From Nitrospiraceae bacterium (GTDB lineage: Bacteria > Hydrogenedentota > Hydrogenedentia > Hydrogenedentales > SLHB01), in assembly GCA_011682535.1 (NCBI GenBank), contig JAACEL010000001.1:1-44489 (forward strand): a stretch of DNA of 44,489 nucleotides, read 5' to 3'. Below are positions 44,433 through 44,489 of the stretch, piece by piece. Made by a program: the position numbers and the translations under genes. The notes under the pieces were generated by a model. The model was not told the origin of the DNA, made no database searches, and saw nothing but the letters and a program-made list of their open reading frames with translations. Position 1 is the stretch's first letter, and each line of letters starts with the position of its first letter.

Positions 44433-44489
44433 TCGGCTCCGACCCCCGGCAAGCTTTGGGGCTCGTTCCCACGGGGGTTCGTGCCGCCC

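Noticed and set aside
44433-44489. tRNA-like T-arm impression (gggggttcgtgccgccc) at the extreme 3' end
   Set aside because: The preceding 40 nt show no acceptor, D-arm or anticodon arm. The stem has a mismatch. The window ends before anything could be confirmed.
1-44489. CRISPR arrays, rRNA genes, integrases, toxin-antitoxin pairs or recognisable defence systems
   Set aside because: Reading all intergenic gaps on both strands showed no regularly spaced direct repeats longer than the 3-unit GCAAAGAGC tract. There are no rRNA-like stretches. There are no recombinase, nuclease or reverse-transcriptase motifs in any ORF. The only mobile-element trace is the IstB relic.

Overview
High-GC (about 60-65% from spot counts) bacterial chromosomal fragment, densely coding, with Shine-Dalgarno-type ribosome binding sites. 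The dominant content is a complete carbonyl branch of the Wood-Ljungdahl pathway at about 25.8-42.1 kb. It consists of a divergent cooC, then cooS, cooF, a fused NuoE/NuoF (HydC-HydB-like) flavoprotein, an Fe-S protein resembling the N-terminus of HydA/NuoG, acsB, acsC, RACo/acsV, acsF, acsD, acsE, a Cys-rich zinc-ribbon protein and a DUF3786-like protein. An MFS transporter and a NodB-type deacetylase follow.

The rest is a mix of housekeeping and accessory genes:
- a glycosyltransferase/GNAT block
- a frameshifted URO-D-family gene
- an ACC-deaminase/D-Cys-desulfhydrase-family PLP enzyme
- an orphan CpaF/VirB11-like ATPase
- two unknown membrane proteins
- an isolated rplJ-rplL unit with a leader terminator
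- a PlsC-type acyltransferase
- an acyl-CoA ligase plus MaoC dehydratase operon
- a Tat-signal sulfatase-like protein
- purM, purL (PurS-fused) and purQ
- a roughly 1240-aa secreted protein
- a lower-GC islet (nucleoside phosphorylase, SAM methyltransferase, IS21 IstB relic) abutting cooC

No rRNA, tRNA or CRISPR array was seen. The most unusual element is the bifurcating-type NuoEF/HydA-like redox module inserted between cooS/cooF and acsB. I could not run homology searches, so novelty is unverified. All calls rest on motif recognition in the supplied translations and on reading the DNA by eye.
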